Assembly (NCBI RefSeq): GCF_963676685.1
Contig: NC_092344.1
Span: forward strand, 104,532,001 to 104,596,000
DNA length: 64,000 bases
Direction of reading: 5' to 3'
Source of the DNA: Mytilus edulis
Lineage: Eukaryota
This document shows, piece by piece, positions 12,248 through 29,197 of this stretch. The notes under the pieces were generated by a model. The model was not told the DNA's origin. It saw only the letters and a program-made list of their open reading frames with translations, and made no database searches. How positions within the stretch are numbered: position 1 is the first letter of the stretch; the number at the start of each line of letters is the position of its first letter. A program made the position numbers and the translations under genes.

Positions 12248-13709
12248 CTGCTCTGTACTATAATCAAATTGGTATACCAATTTAATTGTTGCATGTAGTT
12301 AAATACTAACATTTAATACTTATATTGGTATGAAATTTATGTAATCCTCCCCATAATGAAAATTCAACATCACCATACAATTGGCCGGAGAATTACATAT
12401 TAAAATTGATGTCAAGAGGGCAATAAAACATTGTAGATAAAAAAAAAAAGCAATGCAGAAAACGGCCAAGACAATATTTCTCGTAGAACTAAAGCTTGAG
12501 CAACCTAAACCCATTGTAAGTAATGTGCTTCGAAACGAATTCGCTAGTTCCTGTTCCATTAGTAGGGTTTGCCAGTAAATATATGTTACAATAAATAAAC
12601 AAATAAATCATTAAATAGATAAATCAACCTGAACATACAATTTTATAATCATCCAAATTTAGAAGTGCTAAGAAATCTTTAAAAATAAACCGGTAGTCAT
12701 TTAAAATGAGTTTGCTTGTAATTTTTCTAGTCTTTTTATAGATTGTCGAGTTTAATCATATAAGAATGAATTTCCACATTCGTCAAATGTCTCTAGCACA
12801 GGCAATTGTCTCAGAAAAAAATCTTATGTACCTTATAATATCAAGGTATATAGAAAAATATTTCTGAGACAAATGCCTGTGGTTTCTAGTATTCCACTTC
12901 TGAATTATTTTAAATACAAAAGTGTTTGTACAAGAAAATTGAGATTTAGATAGCTGAAGATTAGAAAACAGCCTTCCAAGCGGGTTTTTATGAATATTAA
13001 GATTGTGTTTGCCTGTTTTATAAGCCTGGTACCTTTGATAAATATAAATTATAGGCCATTTTTTTTCTGTTTGACAGTTCGTAACGCCCATAGGTCCAGA
13101 AATTATTGTGAGCTGATTATTGTATTGTTTTTTAACAAAGAATTTACCCTTGAAATTTTCAATTCAATTTTATGGAAAAATTAGTAGGAATGCATATGAT
13201 TTAATTTTTTTCCTCTTGATAGATAAATGTCTATGGTTTCAGAAAAGCTGTCACGTTAATGGATTGAAATTCTCCTTTGGACCCAATTTTGGGGAATTTT
13301 GGGGAATTTTCACCCCCCCCCCCCCCTCCCTTTTTGCAATATTTTATATCACGTAAATGTAGATCGTTGCCATGATTACACCAAAAAGCCATGTTTACAC
13401 CAAAAAGAGATTATATTTCAGCATTATAACTATTGGAAATCATATATGGAAGATGCGGATTAAATTCATATGCACTCACAAAACATAAACATAAAACCTA
13501 TACCTTATTTTTTAGAAACTGGCAAGGGAAAGAGGGTGGTTAAAAATCATAAGTGTCAATTTTAAGTTTTTCTTCTAACTGTGTATTGCTACTCATGTAC
13601 AAAAATTCCAATCTACCGATGATCAGCTCGTAACATCACCATAGTGCATGCCTATATCTCCGTCTTATATATACATGCTTAGTTGTGTCCAGACAGTTGT
13701 TAAATATCT

Positions 13710-14190
13710 AAAAAGTAAAATCACAAAAAATACCGAACTCCGAGGAAAATACAATCGGAAGTCCCTAATCACATGGCAAAGTCAAATGACAAAACACATC
13801 AAACGAATGGACTACAACTGCCATATTCCTGACTTGGTACAGGCATTTTCAAATGTAGAAAATGGTGAATTGAACCTGGTTTTATAGCGCTTAACCTCTC
13901 ATTTGTACGACAGTCTCACCAAATTCCGTTATATTTACAACGATGCGTGAACAAAACAGGCATAATAAATAAAATAGTCAAAATATGAGTACAGCAGTTA
14001 TCACTGTGTTACAATCTTAAAACAAACATTTTTACAAAAAAACACAAAAGCATCTATCAAATTGAAAACACATTCATTGCTTCGCGTGTCTGACGTCAGA
14101 AAATTTAAAAGTCACATAGGAAGAAAATTTGTCGTTCAATGTTTATTCAAAACAATTTTATAATTTAACATGGGGAATGTTGGCATACGG
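13710..14190 (-). mobile_element. Family 3 PLE-like 3' fragment with a twister-like motif at ~13817-13914
   Basis: Homologous to 6716-7320; contains cctgacttggtacagg on the plus strand. Confidence 0.65.
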
Positions 14191-15789
14191 AGATTTCGAA
14201 TCCCATGTTCCTTTACATACAAGGATTATTCCAAGTACATAAACTATAATTCATGAGCAGTCACAATTAAAAAAAACACAAAATATTATATTTCATATAA
14301 GATCTCAAATAAACCTAATATTTTGGATTTGCTCAAGGTAAATAAACCTCTTAAAGAATCTTACAGTTGTGTGGCTTCTCTACGTTGTTTAAAATATACC
14401 CACTAACTGATTTGCTCAATTGTTCCTGTATTTTAAATCAAGTAATATTTTTCGAATCAAAGAGCAGATTGCTCTGTGGGATACGATTGCCATTGTTTTC
14501 ATTGACACATGTATACATGTAGCTGGATAATATTATTTTCAAAACTAATTCAACTACACATGTTAAATGTAATTTACGTAATCTGAATAGTTACAAAATA
14601 GTAAATCCCGGACACAAGTGTATGAACAATGTACTTAGGCATATTGTGTTTTATTTTTGTACTATCAATTCCTATAAAATTGAGAAGGGAAATGGGAATG
14701 TGTCAAAGCGACAACAACCCGACCATCTCAAGTTTCAAGTTTACTTTCCACAGCAGTCACTGAGACACAGAGTGAGAGAAGGTATTTCACTTTGTATCTT
14801 ATCACCTATTTTCCTACGTTAATTCTAGGAGGAACCCCATTCCTAACTCTTTAAATATTTAATTTCTTTTGGGTCAGTGGTCATGACTCCTTACCGTACA
14901 CATTCTTCGGTTTAAATTGCGATCGTTTTTAATATAATACCACGTTTATCGACAGAACAAGTTAATTTTTCTCGACGTGTTGTATGATTCAGAATAGACG
15001 GAAGTTACTTCCGGAAGGGAGACAACTCGAAACGATAATATGGAAGACTCCATTTCGCCTGAAGGGGTGTTGTAGTTACACCTTTACGATTAACCACATT
15101 TATGTTAATTTAAATGATGCATAATTATGATTTAAAATTAGGCAACAACAATAAGGTCGTTTAACTAACATTTAATATACGTTCTTGCTCCAGGGTTTGT
15201 TTAGGTAATCATGCGCATGCGTATAGTTTTCTTGACTTCAAGGGGTATTAGATTGAATGGTTGCTCTGGATTCCCCACTCAATTGATTAACTCAAAACTC
15301 ATGGGATCCTTTCTATGTATGTCTGCTATTGAGGCTAGATGCTTCTCTATTTCTTTATGGAAGTACAATATCAAACATCAGTTTCATAACGGTTACACTT
15401 AAGAAAAACTCCACTTCAGTTCTTATATGACAGAAATAGATTTATCGGAATTCAGAGAACTCTCGCATTTTTATCAAAACTAGGGACTTCCCTCTGACGT
15501 GTTTCTAAATTTATAAAAGCACTAAATATAAATACTGCTTAATTCTGATTTTCCGTGTTGTTAAAAACATGCATATAAGTCAAGGGAAATATCAAACATG
15601 AAGATTATGAAAAGAACATTATAGGAAAATTGTTTAAGTTCAATCCCTTTGTTTGTTTTTACCTTTTAAAGCAAGAAAATCATAAGAATCTGAGATGTTC
15701 CTTAATATTTAGAATAAAACGGTTGACGTGAGGGCATGGCCCTGAGCTAATGGTATAAGTCTACAGATTGCTTTAAAGCAATCGTATCC

Positions 15790-15996
15790 CAAAAACTACG
15801 AATTTTCTTATCCCAGGAATAGATCACCTTAGCCGTATTTGGCACAACTTTTTGGAATTTTAGATCCTCAATGCTCTTCAACTTTGAACTTGTTTGGCTT
15901 TAAAACTATTTTGATCTGAGCGTCACTGATGAGTCTTATGTAGACAAAACGCGCGTCTGGCGTATTAAATTATAATCCTGGTACCTTTGATAACTA
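15790..15996 (+). mobile_element. Penelope-type terminal repeat fragment carrying a minimal hammerhead
   Basis: Contains the hammerhead core; its tail cctggtacctttgataa recurs at ~13025 and, inverted, at ~46182-46202. Confidence 0.6.
15920..15963 (+). ncRNA. Minimal type-I hammerhead ribozyme, probably inactive (GAAA changed to AAAA)
   Basis: GCGUCA-CUGAUGA-GUCU(UAUGU)AGAC-AAAA-CGCGCG-UC-UGGCGU: stems I and II pair and stem III is a palindrome. Confidence 0.75.
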
Positions 15997-16647
15997 TATA
16001 AATATGTAGAAAGGATTTAGTAATCTTTGTTCTACAAATAAAGTATTTACAATCTTTGATTTAGTTTGTAACCCGGATTTTTTTCTCTCAATCGATTTAT
16101 GACCTTTGAACACTACTATGTATACTACTGTTGCCTATATTTGAATGATGAGGAATATTGGCAGGATAATAGGCAGTCAATTATTCAACAAGATAAACCA
16201 GATGTATAATGTCCATTTACCTTTTCTACTCAAATTAATTACATAAGGAAATGCCTATACCAAGTATAAAATATGACAGTTGTTTTCCATTCGTATGATG
16301 TGTTTGAGTTTTTTGTTTTCCCTTTGATAAGAGACTTTCCGTTTTGAATTTTCCTTGGAATTCGTTATTTTTGTTATTTTACTTATAAAATGTTTCACAT
16401 TTCTAATGTCTGCTTGAGTCAATGATAGCAAAGGCATTTGCTCTTAAAAAATGCACTTATGTTTATTTCAATAAACATGAATATAATGTGTTAATCCTTA
16501 TCCTAAAGAGGAACACAAAACAAAACTGAATGGAATTTTAATTTTAATTCATGTCTTTTGCGTATTTACTAATAACATGATTTTACATGTAGCTTCTTTT
16601 GGACTTATGAGAAGTTATACGGTACATTGAAATAGTATGTAGTAGAT

Positions 16648-18056
16648 ATCACCAATTCACCAACATTCCAACTGACTCCATTTTCAGAAAACGAAATCTG
16701 TAACAAACATAAACTTTTAGACACCGCTTTACAAGCAGAGCCAAATACAATGAAAGTCCTAACTATGTATTGGCTTCCGAAGCTACAAAAAAACCCTTAC
16801 AAATATAGATTTATTTCGTCTTCAAGCCATTGTTCAAGTACTAAATTGTCTATTCTTCTTACCAGCACACTTGGTACAATTAAAAACCTGATAATAAATT
16901 GTTCAAATAAGGCCTTCGAAAATAGTGGAATAAATTACTTTTGGAGTGTCAAGAACTCGTTGGAAGTACTTGATAAATTGCATGCTTATATTGGTGATTT
17001 TGAATTTGTTCAAAGTTTTGATTTTTCTACCCTGTATACCACATTGCCTCACATTCTCATTAAGAAAAAAATCACACACCTAATTAAATGGGCATTCAAA
17101 AAATCAGAATGTGAATATATATGTTCAAACTCTTTTAGGTCATTTTTAGTAGCAATAAACAAAAAAACTATGTTAATTGGACATGCTTTGATACTATATA
17201 TGCCCTTGAATTTTTACTAGATAACATTTTTGTTCGCTTTGGGGATTCCGTATATCGTCAGATTATCGGAATTCCAATGGGGACTAACTGTGCACCACTT
17301 ATTGCGGACCTGTTTTTGTATTGTTATGAGTTACAATTCATGACAAAAACAAGCAAAGACCCATCGAAACAACATCTGATAAACAAATTTAATAATACTT
17401 TTAGATATTTGGATGATATTTTGGCTCTCAATAATGACGACTTCAGTATGTATATTAATGAAATTTATCCTGTTGAACTTACTTTAAATAAAGCTAATAC
17501 TCACAATGACCACTGCCCTTTTCTCGATCTTGATATCTATATCACTAATGGAAAGCTGAATACTAAAATTTATGATAAAAGGGATGATTTTTCATTTCCT
17601 ATCGTTGATTATCCGTTTTTAGATGGTGACGTTCCCTTGTCACCATCTTACGGTGTTTACATATCTCAACTTGTACGATTCGCTCGTGTATGTAATAATG
17701 TTTTAGATTTTAACGAGAGAAATTTATGTATTACTGAAAAATTATTACACCAGGGTTTTCGATATCACAAACTAGTCAAAACATTTACTAAATTTTATCA
17801 TCGGTATAAAGACATCATTCGTAAATATAGCTCAACATGCAGACTTCTAATACGTTCAGGTATTTCACATCCATTTTTTTATGGAAATATTCTTTATAAA
17901 GCACAAATGTGTCAGTATTCACCTCAGAAACTTACAAAACCTTTGAATAGACTTATTAAGAAGGGATAAAATTACGATACTGTTGTCAAGTCATTAAAGA
18001 TTGCATATTTTGGCGTTAATATTGAGTCACTGATAAGATCTTTGCATCGGAACTAA
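16648..18056 (+). pseudogene. Penelope-like reverse transcriptase (one frameshift at ~17145, one internal stop at 17967-17969), no C-terminal GIY-YIG
   Basis: YWLPKL, YRFI, FDFSTLYT, GIPMGTNCAP, FRYLDD, PFLDL, KIYDKRDDF, YISQLVRFAR. The frame continues after the TAA to a stop at 18054-18056. Confidence 0.88.
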
Positions 18057-18377
18057 ACACATTTATTCTAAAAAAAAAACAGTTGTTGGCATGACACGGG
18101 TTATGTTCTTCTCATATATGTTATGATGGTATGATACTAAACCCCTAACGGGAAGGATTGTGCCTGATGTTCATATGATGAATTCATAATCTTTTAGTCA
18201 GTTATATTGAAGTCTGGAGCTGGCATGTCAGTTAACTGCTAGTAGTCTGTTGTTATTTATGTATTATTGTCATTTTGTTTATTTTCTTTGGTTACATCTT
18301 CTGACATCAGACTCGGACTTCTCTTGAACTGAATTTTAATGTGCGTATTGTTATGCGTTTACTTTTCTACATTGATT

Positions 18378-18460
18378 AGAGGTATAGGGGGAGGGTTGAG
18401 ATTTCACAAACATGTTTAACCCCGCCGCATTTTTGCGCCTGTCCCAAGTCAGGAGCCTCT
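18378..18460 (+). ncRNA. Twister-like self-cleaving ribozyme, type-P5 permutation, in the PLE 3' UTR (predicted cut U18417/A18418)
   Basis: AGAGGU(P5)..GGGG-GAGGG..UAA-CCCC-GCC-GCAuuuuUGC(P3)-G-CCUG-UCCCAAGU-CAGG(P4)-A-GCCUCU(P5). This matches the twister core I recall from the rice ribozyme (UAA-CACU-GCC..G-CCGG-UCCCAAGC-CCGG-A..AGUG-GAGGG). Confidence 0.78.
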
Positions 18461-21400
18461 GGCCTTTGTTAGTCTTGTATTATTTTAATTTTAGTTTCTT
18501 GTGTACAATTTGGAAATTAGTATGGCGTTCATTATCACTGGACTAGTATATGTTTGTTTAGGGACCAGTTGAAGGACGTCTCCGTGTGCGGGAATTTCTC
18601 GCTACATTGAAGACCTGTTGGTGACCCTCTGCTGTTGTTTTTTATTTGGTCGGGTTGTTGTCTCTTTGACACATTCCCCATTTCCATTCTCAATTTTATT
18701 TTATAAAGAGTTTAACTTTTCTGGCTGTCGCATGTTTTCATGACTCTAATGTTTACGATTTTAAAACCGATTGCAAAATTACAGATCGCGAGTATTGCGT
18801 AGATTTAGTAAAAACCTTGTACAAGGTAAAAAAGATGACTGATTAGACCAAACTACGGTGAATACAAAGCCATACTTCAGCTAATGGATTACAATTAAAA
18901 GCTTCAAACTAGCAAATGTGTATCATCTTTAACATCAATTTTTCTCAAGAAAGCTACCTAGCCAAATTTCTCATAACAGTATAACCCTTGGAAAGTAGGT
19001 GTGATGCAACGTGTTCGCTGGATGATTACATAGTCACATCTGGTTTGAATTGAACTTTAAAAATGACGACCCATGAGACAGATTTACCACACTCTCAGGA
19101 CATTACCTAAATCAACAGTTTGGAAGAACCCGTTTGTGGTTTTTTTAACGGCAAACTATAAGTCAGCAATATTTTCCAAAAGCACTAAAAATGTTCCAAA
19201 CTATTATTTCAATTTAAAAATAAAAAAATCATTTCCAATGAGAAAATTCTCCACCATAGACCTAATGACAAATGACAAAAAAGTAATCAACTTCCAGGTC
19301 ACATAACATAAAGAACCAACATATAATAAATTGATTTGAATGAATTATTGTTCTTGGGCAACCACAATATGTGTAAATCCTCAATTTTTTTTAAATGGTT
19401 GAATGTTTGACATGATGTTTTTATTGTCTAGTATTAAATATGTATGAATAAAAAGAGACGCTAGTTGTATGATATCAACAGCAAACCAACAACACATTAA
19501 ACAAGACTTCTCTCAGTACAGTAAAATTTATATTCATTTTTATTTTGGGGTATAATCAAATACCTTTTATAATCATTCATATTTCAAGTAGAACAAAAAC
19601 AAAAATAAAAATAATCATTGTAAAGTAACATAAATTACATATGTGTAACCATGAACTTAAATACACATTTACTGTATTTAGTGTTCTTTAAACTATGAAG
19701 ACCTGAATTTGCATTTGATTTAATCTAAATTGCACTTATATACTAACAAAAGATGTTAGGAAATCTAAAACTTATTTGTAATTGATATTTATAATAAAAA
19801 AAAATGAAGTTTCTTTTTATTACCATTGTCTCACTCACTATACAAAACAAACATGATCATTATATTTCCATAAATATAAACTAAACAAAAATCTCTAGTT
19901 TCACAGACCAGAACAAAATTTGTCTAACTACCACAAAAAAAACAATAAATTATGTAAGTTAAATAGAAATACATTCAAAGAGACAAAATAGAATATAATA
20001 CTGCAATCTTTTATAGATTTTAGGTAAACATATATCATTAAGTCTATAAAAAATATATCTAATCATAATAAGGCCGATCTTATGTTAACCTTCTGAATTA
20101 GCATTGAGTTTATATGGCTGATCAGCTCAAAATATCATATTAAACAAGGTTCTATTATCTCATGATTGATTTTTGCTCGATTAATGTCCAATGGCAAAAA
20201 CTTATAGGGCCAATTTCACATCTGTTTAAAACATCATAAATTTTTAATTATGATACAGTTTATAAAAAAAGTTTTAAAAGCATTTATTTTGATAGACATC
20301 ATGGATTTCTGATCTGACAACACCAAAATTCTAAATCTTATAATAAATAACTTTTACATGTAAAGTTTGAGATAAAAAGTAGCATAAATTATTGTGTTGG
20401 AATATTTATCTACTTTACTCTTTCAGAACCATCAGCAGAATGAGATAGTTTATATCCTAAAAACAGTGGCTTAAGTCTTGGATTTTTTTCACCAAGATTC
20501 AAATTGAGATCTCTTACACACACACAATAAATATATATAGTTTTAAATAAATTACTGGCTTTTGTGGTTGACTTTTAGATCAAGAATAGTGTCAAAACTT
20601 TCCATTCAGTTACAATTTCTGTAATATTAGCTTTCTTATTTCTTAGAAGATGACAAACAGAAGAAAGCTAAACATGCTAAAAGGGGTAAAAAAATTGTTT
20701 TTCAGAAGTGATGTGATAAAACTGAATGATATACTAGTATATAAATGCATAATTATATAAGGAACAAATTGCACTGTCTGTAACACAATTTCTGTCTTTT
20801 TCAAAATATTATTAGTTTTACTCAAAATGATTATCTAAATAATTCTAGATAAAAAAAAACATAAACTACCAAAGGACCAGATAAAATACACAAGTAAACT
20901 AAATCCATAGTGGTGATATTTTCAAAAGTTTGAAGTTGATAAAAAATGTAATAGAATGAAAACTTGTCACATGTATAATTACAAAGTTAAGAAGAATACA
21001 TATCAATATATACAAAACTCTGTTATGTAAGAATATACTTATTATGCATATGTCTTGTTTATTTGTAAAAACATCAAGAAATACTATGTTGAAATGGAAG
21101 ACATTTTACATATATTTCCATGGATTTTGTCATGATTTAAAATCTATTGAGCTATTTCTATACAGTCAAATTGTCTGCAGATCTAGAATGAAACTATCTA
21201 CAATGAGATATTAAATTCTTAAATTTATAAAAGGGAAGAGTGAAATCCAGAATTAGCTAAACTGTGTAATGATTATGACTCAAACTAAAGTCATTTACTA
21301 TTAAAGTGTAATTCCAAAAAAAATAAAAAAAATTGCATATCAGTAGCGGATCCAGAAATTTCTATGGGGGTGCCCATTGACTGCCTATTAAGAGGCCTGC

Positions 21401-22094
21401 TTCATTCATGCTTCAGGAATTCCCTAAATAATCAACCAAATTTATCCCACAAAAGGGGAGGGGGACAAGCCCCTTCTGCATATATCATTATCGGATTTAA
21501 TACACCTTATCGCTTATCCCGGTTGACCCGGGCCGCTTGAACTTTTGACGCATACAACAATCACTTATCCATTGTGGCGTCAGATATTTTGTTTTATGAC
21601 GTCAAAATTTTACGGGAACCTGTGTGATATCCAGTAATGGCGGACAAATAGCGATAAGGTGTATTTGGAGAGTACAATCAAACTACAATGATAGATACAA
21701 AAATTACTACACAATACACATTCAGAAACAAATAAATGTGGACAGCAGATTGATAAGCCCTGAGCTGTTCAAACTTTGGTCCAAACATGTATCTCAAGAT
21801 TACAGTAATCTGTTTATCTGGACTTGACCCTCTACACAACTCAAGCCACTACTGTTTATTGTGCCAAAGAGGAAGTTATCACATGTGACTACTCTTTTGA
21901 CTTTCAAAAACTATGTGAAACAAAACTCACATGAATTAAGTATCAAACTCACATGACACTGAAAGACATGGGTTTCATCTTACAATTAATATATGTATTG
22001 AAGAATTTACTTAAAATCGATGGTTACTGATAAAATCATGAAGTTTATTGATAATTTATGGTAAATGATTAACTAATGTTTTCATATAAATTTA

Positions 22095-22400
22095 AACAAG
22101 AATGTGTCCCCAGTACACGAATGCCCCACTCGCACTATCATTTTCTATGTTCAGTGGACCGTGAAATTGGGGTAAACCCTCTAATTTGGCATTAAAATTT
22201 TAAAAATCATATCATAGGGAACATGTATACTAAGTTTGAAGTCGATTGGACTTCAACTTCATCAAAAACTACCTTGACCAAAAACTTTAACCTGAAGCGG
22301 GACAGACGGACGGACGAACGAACGAACAGACGGACGGACGAACAGACGCACAGACCAGAAAACATAATGCCCCTCTACTATCGTAGGTGGGGCATAATAA
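22095..22400 (+). mobile_element. Helentron/Helitron-like non-autonomous element downstream of, or in the 3' UTR of, Rab43
   Basis: Starts aacaagaatgtgtcc, has an internal (GACG/GAAC/GACA)n tract and a 3' hairpin atgcccc..ggggcat. Partial copy at ~33510-33735; related sequence at ~38500-38810. Confidence 0.55.
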
Positions 22401-24742
22401 AATCAATGCATTTGACAAAATGGAAATGTAATACAAGTAGCACAAAGTATTTAGATATAAAATTAAGACAGTCTATGTCCCCTTATTTCTAAAATTGATT
22501 TTTTTAAATGAGTTTGATAATGTCCCTTGCAGTAAGGAAGACCCCCTTTTCATTTTGATGTCTGAAAGTCAAAGATCAAGGTCAAAGCAGGAATTGAAAG
22601 ACTCCAAATTGAAAATAGTTTGACATAAATAATCATACAAATTAATAAAGTTGATAAGTTCTATAGTTTTTTTTATGATGTTCTACATGTTTTCATGAGG
22701 TGTTTAAGGCTAGCAGAAAAGTACATGAGTTACCCATATGTGAACATGCATTAAAACATACCCAAAACTTGCAAGAAAATAATTACTCTAGGTATAGCAG
22801 TATCTATGTAATAATCAAAAGTATTTTTTATAATTAAATGAATTATACATTCATTATTTCTTAAATGTTTGGCAAAGGATATTTTTAATGGGCCTTTCAA
22901 GATATCAGAGATGATGTCAATTGGCAGTGCATATGGCAGTTTTTAGGGGAATAGTATACCAAATTCAGAAGCTGCGAAAACGGTCCGCAAATATCAAAAA
23001 TCATTAAAAGGACCTTAAGAGCTACGTTTTCGCAGCTACCAAATTCAGTACATCATTCAAGAAGCTTTCCTTCGATTAATATTAAATATTTTTCCTCATA
23101 CTTTTTATAGATATAAATATTGTGACAAAAAACTGACCCAAAGAAATGAAGTTTGAAAAGTTAAAAGTTAAACAATAATCCATTTTTATTCTCACATTTG
23201 TACATAAATATCAATAATGATATGGAAAAAAACGTACATTTGATAACAGTTTCATTTCATGGTCCCTGATATAAATATAAAATCTAACAGTATCTGACCA
23301 TGTTCTAGTAGGATAGATGATATAGCTTTTTAAGAGACACAAAAAATAACCCAGTTCAACTGTTTTCATAAAATATGTATTAAAGGCTAGCGAATATAAC
23401 TTTCAATCTGAAAATCAGTCTGACCATAACAACACATTTGTAACAATTTAACTAGCATAATTTCATTTAAATAGTAAAATACAACCGACTAGCACATTCA
23501 GTAAAAATAATTATATTTTGAAAATGCTTAATATCAAAGCATAAATATATCTTATTTATATATATATTATAGAACAATATTGCACTTAAGTTTGACAGCC
23601 AAAAAAGTTTATAGCTTTGATTAAAAAATCTAATTCAGATAAACAACAAACATTTATCAAAAGCTAACTATTTCTAAATACAAATCTATTCTATAAACAT
23701 GGTTATCCCAATACTGACTGACAAGTCTGTTTCAACTCTTTAACTTTAATAATAATAATAAACTTCATAGTGAAATAATTTTTCTGGAGAATTTTTTTCT
23801 ATCGTAATTAAAAACTGTATCATTTATTAAATAGACAGTAATGTCATTCTCACAAAAATTTATTACTGGGTTATACATCTTGTTGCCCTGAAAAAATTTA
23901 AAAAAAAAAAAGCACCAATATGTTCTGAACAAAAACTGGATTTTTTAAAATCTAATTCATAACAGTTTGCTTATGTAGTTAAAGCATTTTTTTCTAGTTA
24001 AACTAAATTTAAAATCATCATTGAAAGTATCAGATTACATACCAAGGAGTGTGGATTGTGGTTATATTTTCCATGAGCATTCTCATGAAATTATATGTAG
24101 CATTTCCAGTACATGTTCTAGAGGAAGTTCATTTCATTTGCACTATCAAATTATGTGTCAACTAAAATACAAAAATATGCATTGAAATCTATTAATTTTG
24201 TGTAGGGTTTATTTTTTGGCTAATTTCAGTATTAAGATAAGATCATGAAATATTTCATCCATTTAAATGGAAGATAAGAGACAGGAATAAGACACAAACA
24301 AACAAAACCTAGCAAAGTATTTTGAATTTATTATTTTACAGTAATTTATCTTTAATTCTTTATATAATTGAAGGACCAGAATTCAAAATAGTAATATAAA
24401 ATCAAAAGATAAACGTTCAATGATATTTTTTTTTTTAATAATACCTGGCCATTTCTTTAACATCTGTTCTAGTGTAAAGTAAAACAACATTCCTTTAACA
24501 ATACAACTACAAACATTTAACCCACAACTTGATAAAATAAGAAGACATCACAACAGCATCTGACACCAATTACACTTATGGTCCCATTTTGGGAAAAATT
24601 TACTTGAAAGATTTGTAAGAAAAAAACTATCATACCTCATGCATACACAACTTATAATAATTCATATGTTGAACTATTTATACAGGCATTCTTCATATGC
24701 ACAATCAACATGATTAAATAACAATAATCTTCTGTAAAGCTT

Positions 24743-29114
<4,372 letters not shown>

Positions 29115-29139
29115 CGGAATATTAACAGACTTTTGTTGA

Positions 29140-29197
29140 CATGACGAGAATAACCGGAAATATGACTAATAGTCGCACCTCTAATTCTACCGGAAGT
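29140..29197. promoter_or_regulatory. Rab43 proximal promoter/5' region with two ETS-type motifs
   Basis: ACCGGAAA at 29153-29160 and ACCGGAAGT at 29189-29197; CATGACGA lies just upstream of the ATG in all three Rab copies. Confidence 0.45.

Larger units (their letters stand above)
16648..18700 (+). mobile_element. 5'-truncated Penelope-like retroelement (family 1): RT, then a ~640-bp 3' UTR with a twister-like ribozyme
   Basis: PLE RT motifs are present. The 3' end ccccatttccattctcaattttatt recurs at ~14675-14725 (-), ~27675-27760 (+), 32436 (-), ~36422 (-) and ~48900-48965 (+). Confidence 0.85.

Noticed and set aside
12775-13582. Possible CAC...GTG DNA element
   Set aside because: No convincing TIR or TSD could be read.
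17967-17969. Internal stop in the PLE RT as possible selenocysteine recoding
   Set aside because: The codon is TAA, not TGA; a point mutation is more likely.
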